Of a stretch of 64,000 nucleotides of DNA, positions 1 to 15,000 are shown piece by piece (the first letter of the stretch is position 1; the number at the start of each line of letters is the position of its first letter). Location: the NCBI GenBank assembly GCA_964247055.1, contig OZ176050.1, positions 7,130,001-7,194,000 of the forward strand, read 5' to 3'. The notes below the pieces were generated by a model. It did no database searches and was not told the DNA's origin. It saw nothing but the letters and a program-made list of their open reading frames with translations. The DNA comes from Paragordius varius. Lineage: Eukaryota; Animalia; Nematomorpha. The position numbers were made by a program, and so were the translations under genes.

Positions 1-3000
1 TGTTGTTAAGAAATGGTTTATATTTTACCCATACTTGTATGGTTAATATAATTTGTTTACTGTAAATTAATGGTTGAATATTGTAATTACCCATCTTTGT
101 ATGGTTAATATAATTTGATTGTTGTTAAGAAATGGTTTAAATTTTACCCATACTTGTATGGTTAATATAATTTGTTTACTGTAAATTAATGGTTGAATAT
201 TGTAATTACCCATCTTTGTATGGTTAATTTAATTTGATTGTTGTTAAGAAATGGTTAATATTTTACCCATACTTGTATGGTTAATATAATTTGTTTACTG
301 TAAATTAATGGTTGAATATTGTAATTACCCATCTTTGTATGGTTAATATAATTTGATTGTTGTTAAGAAATAATTAATATTTTACCCATACTTGTATAGT
401 TAATATAATTTGATTACTGTAAATTAATGGTTGAATATTGTAATTATTCATCTTTGTATGGTTAATATAATTTGATTGTTGTTAAGCAATGGTTAATATT
501 TTACCCATACTTGTATAATTAATATAATTTGATTAATTAATGGTTGAATATTGTAATTACCCATCTTTGTATGGTTAATATAATTTGATTGTTGTTAAGA
601 AATGGTTTATATTTTACCCATACTTGTATGGTTAATATAATTTGATTACTGTAAATTAATGGTTGAATATTGTAATTACCCATCTTTGTATGGTTAATAT
701 AATTTGATTGTTGTTAAGCAATGGTTATAATTTTACCCATACTTGTATAGTTAATATAATTTGATTACTGTAAATTAATGGTTGAATATTGTAATTACCC
801 ATCTTTGTATGGTTAATATAATTTGATTGTTGTTAAGAAATGGTTAATATTTTACCCATACTTGTATGGTTAATATAATTTGTTTACTGTAAATTAATGG
901 TTGAATATTGTAATTACCCATCTTTGTATGGTTAATATAATTTGATTGTTGTTAAGAAATAATTAATATTTTACCCATACTTGTATAGTTAATATAATTT
1001 GATTACTGTAAATTAATGGTTGAATATTGTAATTACCCATCTTTGTATGGTTAATATAATTTGATTGTTGTTAAGAAATAATTAATATTTTACCCATACT
1101 TGTATAGTTAATATAATTTGATTACTGTAAATTAATGGTTGAATATTGTAATTACCCATCTTTGTATGGTTAATATAATTTGATTGTTGTTAAGCAATGG
1201 TTATAATTTTACCCATACTTGTATAGTTAATATAATTTGATTACTGTAAATTAATGGTTGAATATTGTAATTATTCATCTTTGTATGGTTAATATAATTT
1301 GATTGTTGTTAAGAAATAATTAATATTTTACCCATACTTGTATAGTTAATATAATTTGATTACTGTAAATTAATGGTTGAATATTGTAATTACCCATCTT
1401 TGTATTGTTAATATAATTTGATTGTTGTTAAGAAATGGTTTATATTTTACCCATACTTGTATGGTTAATATAATTTGTTTACTGTAAATTAATGGTTGAA
1501 TATTGTAATTACCCATCTTTGTATGGTTAATATAATTTGATTGTTGTTAAGCAATGGTTAATATTTTACCCATACTTGTATAGTTAATATAATTTGATTA
1601 CTGTAAATTAATGGTTGAATATTGTAATTATTCATCTTTGTATGGTTAATATAATTTGATTGTTGTTAAGCAATGGTTAATATTTTACCCATACTTGTAT
1701 GGTTAATATAATTTGATTACTGTAAATTAATGGTTGAATATTGTAATTATTCATCTTTGTATGGTTAATATAATTTGATTGTTGTTAAGAAATAATTAAT
1801 ATTTTACTCATACTTGTATAGTTAATATAATTATTACTGTAAATTAATGGTTGAATATTGTAATTACCCATCTTTGTATGGTTAATATAATTTGATTGTT
1901 GTTAAGCAATGGTTAATATTTTACCCATACTTGTATAGTTAATATAATTTAATTACTGTAAATTAATGGTTGAATATTGTAATTACCCATCTTTGTATGG
2001 TTAATATAATTTGATTGTTGTTAAGAAATGGTTTATATTTTACCCATACTTGTATGGTTAATATAATTTGTTTACTGTAAATTAATGGTTGAATATTGTA
2101 ATTACCCATCTTTGTATGGTTAATATAATTTGATTGTTGTTAAGAAATGGTTTATATTTTACCCATACTTGTATGGTTAATATAATTTGTTTACTGTAAA
2201 TTAATGGTTGAATATTGTAATTACCCATCTTTGTATGGTTAATATAATTTGATTGTTGTTAAGCAATGGTTATAATTTTACCCATACTTGTATAGTTAAT
2301 ATAATTTGATTACTGTAAATTAATGGTTGAATATTGTAATTACCCATCTTTGTATGGTTAATTTAATTTGATTGTTGTTAAGAAATGGTTAATATTTTAC
2401 CCATACTTGTATGGTTAATATAATTTGTTTACTGTAAATTAATGGTTGAATATTGTAATTACCCATCTTTGTATGGTTAATATAATTTGATTGTTGTTAA
2501 GAAATAATTAATATTTTACCCATACTTGTATAGTTAATATAATTTGATTACTGTAAATTAATGGTTGAATATTGTAATTATTCATCTTTGTATGGTTAAT
2601 ATAATTTGATTGTTGTTAAGCAATGGTTAATATTTTACCCATACTTGTATGGTTAATATAATTTGATTACTGTAAATTAATGGTTGAATATTGTAATTAT
2701 TCATCTTTGTATGGTTAATATAATTTGATTGTTGTTAAGAAATAATTAATATTTTACTCATACTTGTATAGTTAATATAATTAGATTTCTGTTTAATGAT
2801 TAAATATTGTAATTACCCATCTTTGTATGGTTAATATAATTTGATTGTTGTTAAGAAATGGTTAATATTTTACCCATACTTGTATGGTTAATATAAATTG
2901 ATTATTTAAATTAATGGTTGAATATTGTAATTACCCATCTTTGTATGGTTAATATAATTTGATTGTTGTTAAGAAATGGTTAATATTTTGCTTATACTTG

Positions 3001-6000
3001 TATGGTTAATATAATTAGATTACTGTAAATTAATGGTTGAATATTGTAATTACCCATCTTTGTATGGTTAATATAATTTTAATGTTGGTTTGAAATGGTT
3101 AATATTTTACCCATCTTTGTATGGTTAATATAAATTGATTATTTAAATTAATGGTTGAATATTGTAAATACCCATCTTTGTATGGTTAATATAATTTGAT
3201 TGTTGTTATGAAATGGTTAATATTTTACCCATACTTGTATGGTTAATATAAATTGATTATTTAAATTAATGGTTGAATATTGTAATTACCCATCTTTGTA
3301 TGGTTAATATAATTTGATTGTTGTTAAGAAATGGTTAATATTTTGCTTATACTTGTATGGTTAAAATAATTAGATTACTGTAAATTAATGGTTGAATATG
3401 GTAATTACCCATCTTTGTATGGTTAATATAATTTGATTGTTGTTAAGAAATGGTTAATATTTTGCTTATACTTGTATGGTTAATATAATTAGATTACTGT
3501 AAATTAATGGTTGAATATTGTAATTACCCATCTTTGTATGGTTAATATAATTTTAATGTTGGTTTGAAATGGTTAATATTTTACCCATCTTTGTATGGTT
3601 AATATAAATTGATTATTTAAATTAATGGTTGAATATTGTAAATACCCATCTTTGTATGGTTAATATAATTTGATTGTTGTTATGAAATGGTTAATATTTT
3701 ACCCATACTTGTATGGTTAATATAAATTGATTATTTAAATTAATGGTTGAATATTGTAATTACCCATCTTTGTATGGTTAATATAATTTGATTGTTGTTA
3801 AGAAATGGTTAATATTTTGCTTATACTTGTATGGTTAAAATAATTAGATTACTGTAAATTAATGGTTGAATATGGTAATTACCCATCTTTGTATGGTTAA
3901 TATAATTTGATTGTTGTTAAGAAATGGTTAATATTTTGCTTATACTTGTATGGTTAATATAATTAGATTACTGTAAATTAATGGTTGAATATTGTAATTA
4001 CCCATCTTTGTATGGTTAATATAATTTTAATGTTGGTTTGAAATGGTTAATATTTTACCCATCTTTGTATGGTTAATATAAATTGATTATTTAAATTAAT
4101 GGTTGAATATTGTAAATACCCATCTTTGTATGGTTAATATAATTTGATTGTTGTTATGAAATGGTTAATATTTTATCCATATATGGTTAATATAATTTGA
4201 TTTCTGTAAATTAATGGTTGAATATTGTAATTACCTATCTTTGTATAGTTAATATAATTTGATTGTTGTTAAGATATGGTTAATATTTTACGCATACTTT
4301 TATGGTTAATATAATTTCCTTACTGTAAATTAATGGTTGAATATTGTAATTACCCATCTTTGAATGGTTAATATAATTTGATTGTCGTTAAGTGGTTAAT
4401 ATTTTACCCATACTTGTATGGTTAATATAATTTGATTAATGTAAATTAAAGTTTGAATATTGTAATTACCTATCTTTGAATGGTTAATATAATTTGATTG
4501 TCGTTAAGTGGTTAATATTTTACCCATACTTGTATGGTTAATATAATTTGATTAATGTAAATTAATGGTTGAATATTGTAATTACCCATCTTTGTATGGT
4601 TAATATAATTTGATTGTTGTTAAGAAATAATTAATATTTTACCCATACTTGTATAGTTAATATAATTTGATTACTGTAAATTAATGGTTGAATATTGTAA
4701 TTACCCATCTTTGTATGGTTAATATAATTTGATTGTTGTTAAGAAATAATTAATATTTTACCCATACTTGTATAGTTAATATAATTTGATTACTGTAAAT
4801 TAATGGTTGAATATTGTAATTACCCATCTTTGTATGGTTAATATAATTTGATTGTTGTTAAGCAATGGTTATAATTTTACCCATACTTGCATAGTTAATA
4901 TAATTTGATTACTGTAAATTAATGGTTGAATATTGTAATTATTCATCTTTGTATGGTTAATATAATTTGATTGTTGTTAAGATATGGTTAATATTTTACG
5001 CATACTTTTATGGTTAATATAATTTGTTTACTGTAAATTAATGGTTGAATATTGTAATTACCCATCTTTGTATGGTTAATATAATTTGATTGTTGTTAAG
5101 CAATGGTTATAATTTTACCCATACTTGTATAGTTAATATAATTTGATTACTGTAAATTAATGGTTGAATATTGTAATTACCCATCTTTGTATGGTTAATA
5201 TAATTTGATTGTTGTTAAGAAATAATTAATATTTTACCCATACTTGTATAGTTAATATAATTTGATTACTGTAAATTAATGGTTGAATATTGTAATTACC
5301 CATCTTTGTATGGTTAATATAATTTGATTGTTGTTAAGAAATAATTAATATTTTACCCATACTTGTATAGTTAATATAATTTGATTACTGTAAATTAATG
5401 GTTGAATATTGTAATTACCCATCTTTGTATGGTTAATATAATTTGATTGTTGTTAAGAAATAATTAATATTTTACCCATACTTGTATAGTTAATATAATT
5501 TGATTACTGTAAATTAATGGTTGAATATTGTAATTACCCATCTTTGTATGGTTAATATAATTTGATTGTTGTTAAGCAATGGTTATAATTTTACCCATAC
5601 TTGTATAGTTAATATAATTTGATTACTGTAAATTAATGGTTGAATATTGTAATTATTCATCTTTGTATGGTTAATATAATTTGATTGTTGTTAAGAAATG
5701 GTTTATATTTTACCCATACTTGTATGGTTAATATAATTTGTTTACTGTAAATTAATGGTTGAATATTGTAATTACCCATCTTTGTATGGTTAATATAATT
5801 TGATTGTTGTTAAGAAATAATTAATATTTTACTCATACTTGTATAGTTAATATAATGTAAATTAATGGTTGAATATTGTAATTACCCATCTTTGTATGGT
5901 TAATATAATTTGATTGTTGTTAAGCAATGGTTAATATTTTACCCATACTTGTATAGTTAATATAATTTGATTGTTGTTAAGAAATAATTAATATTTTACT

Positions 6001-9000
6001 CATACTTGTATAGTTAATATAATTATTACTGTAAATTAATGGTTGAATATTGTAATTACCCATCTTTGTATGGTTAATATAATTTGATTGTTGTTAAGAA
6101 ATGGTTTATATTTTACCCATACTTGTATGGTTAATATAATTTGTTTACTGTAAATTAATGGTTGAATATTGTAATTACCCATCTTTGTATGGTTAATATA
6201 ATTTGATTGTTGTTAAGAAATGGTTTATATTTTACCCATACTTGTATGGTTAATATAATTTGTTTACTGTAAATTAATGGTTGAATATTGTAATTACCCA
6301 TCTTTGTATGGTTAATATAATTTGATTGTTGTTAAGAAATGGTTTAAATTTTACCCATACTTGTATGGTTAATATAATTTGTTTACTGTAAATTAATGGT
6401 TGAATATTGTAATTACCCATCTTTGTATGGTTAATTTAATTTGATTGTTGTTAAGAAATGGTTTATATTTTACCCATACTTGTATGGTTAATATAATTTG
6501 TTTACTGTAAATTAATGGTTGAATATTGTAATTACCCATCTTTGTATGGTTAATATAATTTGATTGTTGTTAAGAAATGGTTTAAATTTTACCCATACTT
6601 GTATGGTTAATATAATTTGTTTACTGTAAATTAATGGTTGAATATTGTAATTACCCATCTTTGTATGGTTAATTTAATTTGATTGTTGTTAAGAAATGGT
6701 TAATATTTTGCTTATACTTGTATGGTTAATATAATTAGATTACTGTAAATTAATCGTTGAATATGGTAATTACCCATCTTTGTATGGTTAATATAAATTG
6801 ATTATTTAAATTAATGGTTGAATATTGTAAATACCCATCTTTGTATGGTTAATATAATTTGATTGTTGTTATGAAATGGTTAATATTTTACCCATACTTG
6901 TATGGTTAATATAAATTGATTATTTAAATTAATGGTTGAATATTGTAATTACCCATCTTTGTATGGTTAATATAATTTGATTGTTGTTAAGAAATGGTTA
7001 ATATTTTGCTTATACTTGTATGGTTAAAATAATTAGATTACTGTAAATTAATGGTTGAATATGGTAATTACCCATCTTTGTATGGTTAATATAATTTGAT
7101 TGTTGTTAAGAAATGGTTAATATTTTGCTTATACTTGTATGGTTAATATAATTAGATTACTGTAAATTAATGGTTGAATATTGTAATTATTCATCTTTGT
7201 ATGGTTAATATAATTTGATTGTTGTTAAGAAATGGTTTATATTTTACCCATACTTGTATGGTTAATATAATTTGTTTACTGTAAATTAATGGTTGAATAT
7301 TGTAATTACCCATCTTTGTATGGTTAATATAATTTGATTGTTGTTATGAAATGGTTAATATTTTATCCATATATGGTTAATATAATTTGATTTCTGTAAA
7401 TTAATGGTTGAATATTGTAATTACCTATCTTTGTATAGTTAATATAATTTGATTGTTGTTAAGATATGGTTAATATTTTACGCATACTTTTATGGTTAAT
7501 ATAATTTCCTTACTGTAAATTAATGGTTGAATATTGTAATTACCCATCTTTGAATGGTTAATATAATTTGATTGTCGTTAAGTGGTTAATATTTTACCCA
7601 TACTTGTATGGTTAATATAATTTGATTAATGTAAATTAAAGTTTGAATATTGTAATTACCCATCTTTGAATGGTTAATATAATTTGATTGTCGTTAAGTG
7701 GTTAATATTTTACCCATACTTGTATGGTTAATATAATTTGATTAATGTAAATTAATGGTTGAATATTGTAATTACCCATCTTTGTATGGTTAATATAATT
7801 TGATTGTTGTTAAGAAATAATTAATATTTTACCCATACTTGTATAGTTAATATAATTTGATTACTGTAAATTAATGGTTGAATATTGTAATTATTCATCT
7901 TTGAATGGTTAATATAATTTGATTGTCGTTAAGTGGTTAATATTTTACCCATACTTGTATGGTTAATATAATTTGATTAATGTAAATTAAAGTTTGAATA
8001 TTGTAATTACCCATCTTTGAATGGTTAATATAATTTGATTGTCGTTAAGTGGTTAATATTTTACCCATACTTGTATGGTTAATATAATTTGATTAATGTA
8101 AATTAAAGTTTGAATATTGTAATTACCCATCTTTGAATGGTTAATATAATTTGATTGTCGTTAAGTGGTTAATATTTTACCCATACTTGTATGGTTAATA
8201 TAATTTGATTAATGTAAATTAATGGTTGAATATTGTAAATACCCATCTTTGTATGGTTAATATAATTTGATTGTTGTTATGAAATGGTTAATATTTTATC
8301 CATATATGGTTAATATAATTTGATTTCTGTAAATTAATGGTTGAATATTGTAATTACCTATCTTTGTATAGTTAATATAATTTGATTGTTGTTAAGATAT
8401 GGTTAATATTTTACGCATACTTTTATGGTTAATATAATTTCCTTACTGTAAATTAATGGTTGAATATTGTAATTACCCATCTTTGAATGGTTAATATAAT
8501 TTGATTGTCGTTAAGTGGTTAATATTTTACCCATACTTGTATGGTTAATATAATTTGATTAATGTAAATTAAAGTTTGAATATTGTAATTACCCATCTTT
8601 GAATGGTTAATATAATTTGATTGTCGTTAAGTGGTTAATATTTTACCCATACTTGTATGGTTAATATAATTTTTTTAATGTAAATTAATGGTTGAATATT
8701 GTAATTACCCATCTTTGTATGGTTAATATAATTTGATTGTTGTTAAGAAATAATTAATATTTTACCCATACTTGTATAGTTAATATAATTTGATTAATGT
8801 AAATTAATGGTTGAATATTGTAATTACCCATCTTTGTATGGTTAATATAATTTGATTGTTGTTAAGAAATAATTAATATTTTACCCATACTTGTATAGTT
8901 AATATAATTTGATTACTGTAAATTAATGGTTGAATATTGTAATTACCCATCTTTGTATGGTTAATATAATTTGATTGTTGTTAAGAAATAATTAATATTT

Positions 9001-12000
9001 TACCCATACTTGTATAGTTAATATAATTTGATTACTGTAAATTAATGGTTGAATATTGTAATTACCCATCTTTGTATGGTTAATATAATTTGATTGTTGT
9101 TAAGAAATAATTAATATTTTACCCATACTTGTATAGTTAATATAATTTGATTACTGTAAATTAATGGTTGAATATTGTAATTACCCATCTTTGTATGGTT
9201 AATATAATTTGATTGTTGTTAAGAAATAATTAATATTTTACCCATACTTGTATAGTTAATATAATTTGATTACTGTAAATTAATGGTTGAATATTGTAAT
9301 TACCCATCTTTGAATGGTTAATATAATTTGATTGTCGTTAAGTGGTTAATATTTTACCCATACTTGTATGGTTAATATAATTTGATTAATGTAAATTAAT
9401 GGTTGAATATTGTAATTACCCATCTTTGTATGGTTAATATAATTTGATTGTTGTTAAGAAATAATTAATATTTTACCCATACTTGTATAGTTAATATAAT
9501 TTGATTACTGTAAATTAATGGTTGAATATTGTAATTACCCATCTTTGTATGGTTAATATAATTTGATTGTTGTTAAGCAATGGTTATAATTTTACCCATA
9601 CTTGTATAGTTAATATAATTTGATTACTGTAAATTAATGGTTGAATATTGTAATTACCCATCTTTGTATGGTTAATATAATTTGATTGTTGTTAAGAAAT
9701 GGTTAATATTTTACCCATACTTGTATGGTTAATATAATTTGTTTACTGTAAATTAATGGTTGAATATTGTAATTACCCATCTTTGTATGGTTAATATAAT
9801 TTGATTGTTGTTAAGAAATAATTAATATTTTACCCATACTTGTATAGTTAATATAATTTTATTACTGTAAATTAATGGTTGAATATTGTAATTACCCATC
9901 TTTGTATGGTTAATATAATTTGATTGTTGTTAAGCAATGGTTATAATTTTACCCATACTTGTATGGTTAATATAATTTGTTTACTGTAAATTAATGGTTG
10001 AATATTGTAATTACCCATCTTTGTATGGTTAATATAATTTGATTGTTGTTAAGAAATGGTTTAAATTTTACCCATACTTGTATGGTTAATATAATTTGTT
10101 TACTGTAAATTAATGGTTGAATATTGTAATTACCCATCTTTGTATGGTTAATTTAATTTGATTGTTGTTAAGAAATGGTTAATATTTTACCCATACTTGT
10201 ATGGTTAATATAATTTGTTTACTGTAAATTAATGGTTGAATATTGTAATTACCCATCTTTGTATGGTTAATATAATTTGATTGTTGTTAAGAAATAATTA
10301 ATATTTTACCCATACTTGTATAGTTAATATAATTTGATTACTGTAAATTAATGGTTGAATATTGTAATTACCCATCTTTGTATGGTTAATATAATTTGAT
10401 TGTTGTTAAGCAATGGTTAATATTTTACCCATACTTGTATAGTTAATATAATTTGATTATTTAAATTAATGGTTGAATATTGTAAATACCCATCTTTGTA
10501 TGGTTAATATAATTTGATTGTTGTTATGAAATGGTTAATATTTTACCCATACTTGTATGGTTAATATAAATTGATTATTTAAATTAATGGTTGAATATTG
10601 TAATTACCCATCTTTGTATGGTTAATATAATTTGATTGTTGTTAAGAAATGGTTAATATTTTGCTTATACTTGTATAGTTAATATAATTTGATTACTGTA
10701 AATTAATGGTTGAATATTGTAATTACCCATCTTTGTATGGTTAATATAATTTGATTGTTGTTAAGAAATAATTAATATTTTACCCATACTTGTATAGTTA
10801 ATATAATTTGATTACTGTAAATTAATGGTTGAATATTGTAATTACCCATCTTTGTATGGTTAATATAATTTGATTGTTGTTAAGCAATGGTTATAATTTT
10901 ACCCATACTTGTATAGTTAATATAATTTGATTACTGTAAATTAATGGTTGAATATTGTAATTATTCATCTTTGTATGGTTAATATAATTTGATTGTTGTT
11001 AAGAAATGGTTTATATTTTACCCATACTTGTATGGTTAATATAATTTGTTTACTGTAAATTAATGGTTGAATATTGTAATTACCCATCTTTGTATGGTTA
11101 ATATAATTTGATTGTTGTTAAGAAATAATTAATATTTTACTCATACTTGTATAGTTAATATAATTATTACTGTAAATTAATGGTTGAATATTGTAATTAC
11201 CCATCTTTGTATGGTTAATATAATTTGATTGTTGTTAAGCAATGGTTTATATTTTACCCATACTTGTATAGTTAATATAATTTGATTACTGTAAATTAAT
11301 GGTTGAATATTGTAATTACCCATCTTTGTATGGTTAATATAATTTGATTGTTGTTAAGAAATAATTAATATTTTACTCATACTTGTATAGTTAATATAAT
11401 TATTACTGTAAATTAATGGTTGAATATTGTAATTACCCATCTTTGTATGGTTAATATAATTTGATTGTTGTTAAGAAATGGTTTATATTTTACTCATACT
11501 TGTATAGTTAATATAATTATTACTGTAAATTAATGGTTGAATATTGTAATTACCCATCTTTGTATGGTTAATATAATTTGATTGTTGTTAAGCAATGGTT
11601 TATATTTTACCCATACTTGTATAGTTAATATAATTTGATTACTGTAAATTAATGGTTGAATATTGTAATTACCCATCTTTGTATGGTTAATATAATTTGA
11701 TTGTTGTTAAGAAATAATTAATATTTTACCCATACTTGTATAGTTAATATAATTTGATTACTGTAAATTAATGGTTGAATATTGTAATTACCCATCTTTG
11801 TATGGTTAATATAATTTGATTGTTGTTAAGAAATAATTAATATTTTACTCATACTTGTATAGTTAATATAATTATTACTGTAAATTAATGGTTGAATATT
11901 GTAATTACCCATCTTTGTATGGTTAATATAATTTGATTGTTGTTAAGAAATGGTTTATATTTTACTCATACTTGTATAGTTAATATAATTATTACTGTAA

Positions 12001-15000
12001 ATTAATGGTTGAATATTGTAATTACCCATCTTTGTATGGTTAATATAATTTGATTGTTGTTAAGAAATGGTTTATATTTTACCCATACTTGTATGGTTAA
12101 TATAATTTGTTTACTGTAAATTAATGGTTGAATATTGTAATTACCCATCTTTGTATGGTTAATATAATTTGATTGTTGTTAAGAAATAATTAATATTTTA
12201 CTCATACTTGTATAGTTAATATAATTATTACTGTAAATTAATGGTTGAATATTGTAATTACCCATCTTTGTATGGTTAATATAATTTGATTGTTGTTAAG
12301 CAATGGTTAATATTTTACCCATACTTGTATAGTTAATATAATTTGATTACTGTAAATTAATGGTTGAATATTGTAATTACCCATCTTTGTATGGTTAATA
12401 TAATTTGATTGTTGTTAAGAAATGGTTTATATTTTACCCATACTTGTATGGTTAATATAATTTGTTTACTGTAAATTAATGGTTGAATATTGTAATTACC
12501 CATCTTTGTATGGTTAATATAATTTGATTGTTGTTAAGAAATGGTTTATATTTTACCCATACTTGTATGGTTAATATAATTTGTTTACTGTAAATTAATG
12601 GTTGAATATTGTAATTACCCATCTTTGTATGGTTAATATAATTTGATTGTTGTTAAGAAATGGTTTAAATTTTACCCATACTTGTATGGTTAATATAATT
12701 TGTTTACTGTAAATTAATGGTTGAATATTGTAATTATTCATCTTTGTATGGTTAATATAATTTGATTGTTGTTAAGCAATGGTTAATATTTTACCCATAC
12801 TTGTATGGTTAATATAATTTGATTACTGTAAATTAATGGTTGAATATTGTAACCTATCTTTGCATGGTTAATTTGATTTTTGTTAAGAAATGGTTAATAT
12901 TTTACCCATACTTGTATGGTTAATATAATTTGATTACTGTAAATTAATGGTTGAATATTGTAACCTATCTTTGCATGGTTAATTTAATTTGATTGTTGTT
13001 AAGAAATGGTTAATATTTTACCCATACTTGTATGGTTAATATAATTTGATTACTGTAAATTAATGGTTGAATATTGTAACCTATCTTTGCATGGTTAATT
13101 TGATTGTTGTTAAGAAATGGTTAATATTTTACCCATACTTGTATGGTTAATATAATTTGATTACTGTAAATTAATGGTTGAATATTGTAACCTATCTTTG
13201 CATGGTTAATTTGATTGTTGTTAAGAAATGGTTAATATTTTACCCATACTTGTATGGTTAATATAATTTGATTACTGTAAATTAATGGTTGAATATTGTA
13301 ACCTATCTTTGCATGGTTAATTTAATTTGATTGTTGTTAAGAAATGGTTAATATTTTACCCATACTTGTATGGTTAATATAATTTGTTTACTGTAAATTA
13401 ATGGTTGAATATTGTAATTACCCATCTTTGTATGGTTAATTTAATTTGATTGTTGTTAAGAAATGGTTAATATTTTACCCATACTTGTATGGTTAATATA
13501 ATTTGTTTACTGTAAATTAATGGTTGAATATTGTAATTACCCATCTTTGTATGGTTAATATAATTTGATTGTTGTTAAGAAATAATTAATATTTTACCCA
13601 TACTTGTATAGTTAATATAATTTGATTACTGTAAATTAATGGTTGAATATTGTAATTATTCATCTTTGTATGGTTAATATAATTTGATTGTTGTTAAGCA
13701 ATGGTTAATATTTTACCCATACTTGTATGGTTAATATAATTTGATTACTGTAAATTAATGGTTGAATATTGTAATTATTCATCTTTGTATGGTTAATATA
13801 ATTTGATTGTTGTTAAGAAATGGTTAATATTTTACCCATACTTGTATGGTTAATATAATTTGTTTACTGTAAATTAATGGTTGAATATTGTAATTACCCA
13901 TCTTTGTATGGTTAATTTAATTTGATTGTTGTTAAGAAATGGTTAATATTTTACCCATACTTGTATGGTTAATATAATTTGTTTACTGTAAATTAATGGT
14001 TGAATATTGTAATTACCCATCTTTGTATGGTTAATATAATTTGATTGTTGTTAAGAAATAATTAATATTTTACCCATACTTGTATAGTTAATATAATTTG
14101 ATTACTGTAAATTAATGGTTGAATATTGTAATTATTCATCTTTGTATGGTTAATATAATTTGATTGTTGTTAAGCAATGGTTAATATTTTACCCATACTT
14201 GTATGGTTAATATAATTTGATTACTGTAAATTAATGGTTGAATATTGTAATTATTCATCTTTGTATGGTTAATATAATTTGATTGTTGTTAAGAAATAAT
14301 TAATATTTTACTCATACTTGTATAGTTAATATAATTAGATTTCTGTTTAATGATTAAATATTGTAATTACCCATCTTTGTATGGTTAATATAATTTGATT
14401 GTTTTTAAGAAATGGTTAATATTTTACCCATCTTTGTATGGTTAATACAAATTGATTATTTAAATTAATGGTTGAATATTGTAATTACCCATCTTTGTAT
14501 GGTTAATATAATTTGATTGTTGTTATTCAATGGTTAATATTTTACCCAAACTTGGATGGTTAATATAATTTGATTACTGTAAATTAATGGCTGAATATTG
14601 TAATTACCCATCTTTGTATGGTTAATATAATTTGATTGTTGTTAAGAAATGGTTAATATTTTGCTTATACTTGTATGGTTAATATAATTAGATTACTGTA
14701 AATTAATGGTTGAATATGGTAATTACCCATCTTTGTATGGTTAATATAATTTGATTGTTGTTAAGAAATGGTTAATATTTTGCTTATACTTGTATGGTTA
14801 ATATAATTAGATTACTGTAAATTAATCGTTGAATATGGTAATTACCCATCTTTGTATGGTTAATATAAATTGATTATTTAAATTAATGGTTGAATATTGT
14901 AAATACCCATCTTTGTATGGTTAATATAATTTGATTGTTGTTATGAAATGGTTAATATTTTACCCATACTTGTATGGTTAATATAAATTGATTATTTAAA

